In this document: positions 61,992 to 64,000 of the stretch, piece after piece
How positions within the stretch are numbered: position 1 is the first letter of the stretch
Layout of the letters: every line of letters begins with the position of its first letter
Notes under the pieces: generated by a model
Seen by the model: only the letters and a program-made list of their open reading frames with translations
What the model was told of the DNA's origin: nothing
Databases searched by the model: none
Made by a program: the position numbers and the translations under genes
Source of the DNA: Pirellulales bacterium
Lineage (GTDB): Bacteria > Planctomycetota > Planctomycetia > Pirellulales > JAICIG01
Length of the DNA stretch: 64,000 nucleotides
Direction: 5' to 3'
NCBI GenBank assembly: GCA_040901675.1
Contig: JBBDYJ010000038.1
Coordinates: 160,001 to 224,000, forward strand

Positions 61992-62378
61992 GTGTCTACC
62001 TCCGGCCATATTCTCCTCGGCACCATCGTCTGGGCGGAAGTTAGGGAGCCCAACGGCACTCCGGTTGGCCCGCATCCAGCAATGGTGCTCAACCGTCAAG
62101 AGGAGATCGACGCATTCCGGGATTTGCGGGTGGCGGTGTGTTCTACAGCCTTTGGCTACGCGCTCCCAGCCGGATGGTTCGAGATTCCGAGTCAACCTGG
62201 TGGCCATCCACTGACTGGCTTGCACGAGGCCTGTGTTGTGAAGGCAACGTGGCTCCAAACCATTCCACAATCAGGTGTGATCCGGATCTCTGGCCGAGCA
62301 CCTCGTAGAGTTTTCAAGCAGGTGCTCAACTGGCTTAAAGACGTAAATCCCCCGCGAACCAGACCGCCAGCCATGTAG
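61992..62378 (+). CDS. PemK/MazF-like toxin
   Basis: GTIVWAEVREPNG....HPAMVL...VAVCST...TGL..ACVVKATW. Confidence 0.72.
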   Translation: MSTSGHILLGTIVWAEVREPNGTPVGPHPAMVLNRQEEIDAFRDLRVAVCSTAFGYALPAGWFEIPSQPGGHPLTGLHEACVVKATWLQTIPQSGVIRISGRAPRRVFKQVLNWLKDVNPPRTRPPAM

Positions 62379-62463
62379 CGCAATCTGTAAGCCAATTAGA
62401 CCATACAACCCCAGAATCCGTGGCTGCGGATTTTCGCCGCTGGCACTAGGCTGGTCCCGATAG

Positions 62464-62667
62464 ATGATTCAAGTTTTGACGCTGCAGGTCCTGGTTCTGG
62501 ATGAACGGCAGTCGTACGTCGAGCAGGACCAGAGCGGTGCACTTCCAGGCTTTCCACTGGATGAAGCTCAACGCCTGTTGGCCGCCAGGCAATCGGCCGA
62601 CGAAACCAGGCTCGTGCGGCAGTTCCGATCGGCCATCCGGCCCGATCCGCCCGAAGCGCGACCTTGA
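62464..62667 (+). pseudogene. Probable Uma2-family endonuclease C-terminal fragment
   Basis: YVEQDQSGALPGFPL...DETRLVRQFR resembles Uma2 C-termini. Confidence 0.4.
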
Positions 62668-62954
62668 CGGTCCCACAAGCCTCAACGGCTGTAGCGGTCG
62701 CCCGGGGCAAGACGACAAGGCGACAAGGGACAAGGGGACAAGGAGAACGGGAACGGACGAAGACTGGGGCACGCTTATCGCTTTGCCCCAGCCACCCAGG
62801 TCGCTGGAAGTTGTTCTTTGGTCATTCCCGGAGGCTTTTTTCCGGCGCCCGGGGCATCTAAGATGGTGCCTTGTTCCGCGGCAAAAGCCAAAACCTTCGG
62901 CGTGAAGGCGGGCGAACTCGTTTCTTATTCATTGCGGCTGTCCAGGAGCCTCTG

Positions 62955-64000
62955 ATGGGATCTGCGCGTACCCGGTTGTCGGTGATGATGTTCCTGCAGT
63001 ACTTCGTCTGGGGCTCCTGGGGCGTCTCGGCCGGCGGGTACATGAACGACACGCTGCGGTTCGCCCCAGGCCAGATCGGCTGGATCTACGCGACCACCGC
63101 CGTGGGGGCCATGATCTCCCCCTTGTTCGTCGGCTACTTTGCCGACCGATTCTTCGCCACGGAAAAGATCCTGGCCGCCTTGCACCTGCTGGGCGGCCTG
63201 CTGTTGTGCCTCGCCGCCGAGCAAACCAGCTTCGCACCGCTGATGGGCATCATGGTCGCCTACGCCGTCTGTTACATGCCCACCTTGGCCCTGACCAATT
63301 CCATCTCGTTCCACAACATCGGCAACCCGGACAAGGAGTTCCCCCGGATCCGGGTCTGGGGGACATTGGGGTGGATCGTGGCCGGCCTGGTGGTCGGCAT
63401 CCTGCTGGGCGGCACGCAAAAGTGGTTCTTCTACATGGCAGGCGGCTCGTCGCTGCTCTTGGGACTCTATTGCCTCACGCTGCCGCACACGCCGCCCCGC
63501 GGCACCGAGGCGGCCCAGGCCGACGTCATCGGAGTGGGGGCGATCGGCTTGTTGCGCGAGCCCTCGTTCGCCGTGTTCGTGTTCGCCTCGTTCCTGATCT
63601 GTATTCCGCTCGCCTTTTATTACGGCTTCGCCAACCAGTTCCTCACCGAGACCGACAGGCCGGCGCCCACGGCCTTGCAAACGCTGGGACAGATCTCCGA
63701 AGTCTTCTTCATGGCGGCGATGCCGTTCTTCATCCTGCGGCTGGGCGTCAAGTACATGCTCGTGGTCGGCATGCTGGCCTGGGTGGCCCGCTACTTCTGC
63801 TTCGCCACGTTGGACTTCAACCTGATTCTGCTGGGGCTGATCCTGCACGGCATCTGCTACGACTTTTTCTTTGTGGCCAGCCAAATCTATGTCGATAAGA
63901 AGGCGCCGCAGCACCTGCGGGCCAGCGCCCAGAGCTTCATCGCCTTCGTGACGCTCGGCGTGGGCATGTTCATCGGCACCAAAGTGGCGGGATACATCGT
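62955..64000 (+). CDS. MFS nucleoside:H+ symporter (NupG-like), runs off the window
   Basis: RLSVMMFLQYFVWGSW, ADRFF, YMPTLALTNSI, IRVWGTLGW and HGICYDFFFV motifs. Confidence 0.92.
   Translation, partial: MGSARTRLSVMMFLQYFVWGSWGVSAGGYMNDTLRFAPGQIGWIYATTAVGAMISPLFVGYFADRFFATEKILAALHLLGGLLLCLAAEQTSFAPLMGIMVAYAVCYMPTLALTNSISFHNIGNPDKEFPRIRVWGTLGWIVAGLVVGILLGGTQKWFFYMAGGSSLLLGLYCLTLPHTPPRGTEAAQADVIGVGAIGLLREPSFAVFVFASFLICIPLAFYYGFANQFLTETDRPAPTALQTLGQISEVFFMAAMPFFILRLGVKYMLVVGMLAWVARYFCFATLDFNLILLGLILHGICYDFFFVASQIYVDKKAPQHLRASAQSFIAFVTLGVGMFIGTKVAGYI

Overview
High-GC window with a gene set typical of Planctomycetes (inferred from DUF1501, tandem sulfatase, mch/orf5 and oleCD). Positions 1-41.7 kb are mostly core genome: a Mn/Zn/Fe ABC operon whose two permeases carry DtxR-like domains, gmhB-wecB-mtnA, rpiB-sufE-rhodanese, a Ser/Thr kinase, oleCD, mch and leuS. 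This part also holds two toxin-antitoxin-like pairs, a REP-associated Y1 transposase, several families of REP-like repeats and a duplicated variable cassette between troD and gmhB. From tRNA-Ala(GGC) at 41758 to about 62.7 kb lies a decaying genomic island. It carries integrase, recombinase and terminase remnants, a two-component system, general-stress genes, a glycosyltransferase-oxidoreductase / GH1 / gal cluster and a three-gene MazF-like operon. The most notable observations are a candidate thioredoxin-fold selenoprotein (C-N-T-UGA followed by a SECIS-like hairpin), a 25-bp micro-element with filled/empty-site evidence that inserts into genes and into other repeats, and the tandem troD-gmhB cassette. 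All family calls come from motif recognition by eye, not from database searches.
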